A DNA stretch of 63,384 nucleotides, counting the filler, from Pirum gemmata (lineage: Eukaryota), in NCBI GenBank assembly GCA_002812295.1. It is 27 parts of 27 records of this genome, joined end to end, with 100 filler letters (N's around TTAATTAATTAA, not from the genome) between each part and the next. Parts side by side here need not be neighbours in the genome. Positions count along the whole stretch, not along the records: positions 59,518 to 63,384 come from PDIN01009614.1; 26 more parts are not named here. One strand, given 5' to 3'. Positions 62,438-63,384 of the stretch are shown here, one piece after another. The translations under genes and the position numbers were made by a program. Position 1 is the stretch's first letter, and each line of letters starts with the position of its first letter. The notes below the pieces were generated by a model. It did not search any database, was not told the DNA's origin, and worked only from the letters and a program-made list of their open reading frames with translations.

Positions 62438-63275
62438 ACATGTGATTGCTGTCTTCTGTTATGACTGCTGGCCGATGGGCTTCTAATGTGCGGTGTAATT
62501 GTGTTAATTGATTGGCGTATGCTTGGATGCTTTGTTTGCCTTTGGTTGCGTTGATGATGTCCTTGATAGTGTAAACGTATTTGAGTAAGCTTTTGCGTCC
62601 AATTTTTGTTGTTATTGTGGTTATGAGCTCCGTTATGGTGGATTGTTGGATGCTGGCTATAATGAGGCTACGCCCGATCGCTGAATATTGTTTGTATGTT
62701 GGTGTTGTGTCGTTGAGATTTTTTCCCTTCTATAGGATGGAAAATGTGCATGATACCAGCCGCGGTTAATTCATTTTCGAGCGTTGTCCGCCAAGTTTAA
62801 ATATGCCCTGCGTTGCCTAATTTGTTGTGGGACGCTGGCCATTGTTGTGGTTGATGTGGTGTTTGCTGTGCTGGTTGTTGTTTTATTTGTGTAATTGGTG
62901 GTGNCATTCCAGTTGCAATGGACATAATGGTCGTTGTTGTGGTTGATGTGGTGTTTGCTGTGCGGGTTGTTGTTTTATTTGTGTAATTGGTGGTGTTGTG
63001 GAATCGTTTATGCGAACAATGAGTTCATCCTTTGTGTTGATTCCTTGGAAACAGTCGCAGGATTCTTTGTCATCGTCTTCACAACAACATTCCAGTAGTG
63101 CTAATCTCCCATCGCCGGTGACGCGCAGGTAGAAATATATTTCATAGTCTTGTTTGACTATTTTCGCTTTTATTAGTCTTTGTTTTATGGTGTTGTTGAA
63201 GTTGTAATTTTTGACTAGGTTGAATGTTTGGGTTTTATTTTCACCCATCACTTCGACTATTACTTGTGTTGCCAT
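62438..63275 (-). pseudogene. Copy 2 of the same gag-like ORF
   Basis: High similarity to copy 1; extends to ...KDIINATKGKQSIQAYANQLTQLHRTLE. Confidence 0.5.
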
Positions 63276-63384
63276 CGTTGTTGCTGTTGTTGATGTTGTT
63301 GTTGTTGTGTTGTTATTGTTATTGCTGTTGCTGTTGTTGTTGCTGTTGTCGCTACTATTCTTTTGTTGTTGGTGGTGGTGTTAA

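Overview
This window is not a continuous locus. It is 27 short (mostly ~1.95 kb) scaffolds of a very AT-rich, intron-rich eukaryotic genome, joined by 26 artificial 100-bp spacers (N44-TTAATTAATTAA-N44), so adjacency across spacers means nothing. Most listed ORFs are microsatellite artefacts. The real genes are mostly spliced (GT-AG) fragments that I reconstructed by hand: an integrin-alpha FG-GAP region, an LRR single-pass receptor and a second membrane protein (both with Tyr-rich tails), an intronless Tweety homolog, an M3-type peptidase C-terminus, an ABCB exon, a mitochondrial-carrier-like gene, a stefin/cystatin, a secreted glyoxal/galactose-oxidase-like protein, a beta-hydroxyacid dehydrogenase, a possible Nup205 fragment, a Gly/Pro/Arg/Met-rich protein and a secreted protein with 11 six-Cys repeats. 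Mobile DNA includes LINE RT and ORF1 relics, copia-like gag relics, a YqaJ-nuclease/piggyBac-like relic and several MITE families. Integrin plus Tyr-motif receptors plus TTAGGG suggests a holozoan, possibly a unicellular one (inference only). The most striking signal is pervasive interstitial TTAGGG insertion. One integrin intron (3754-3857) appears to have been created by a telomeric-repeat insertion between two copies of a 40-bp exonic duplication. A dispersed repeat shows filled and empty telomere-insertion sites, and intronic tracts are biased to the CCCTAA (branch-point-like CTAAC) orientation. All family calls are by motif recognition; no database searches were run.
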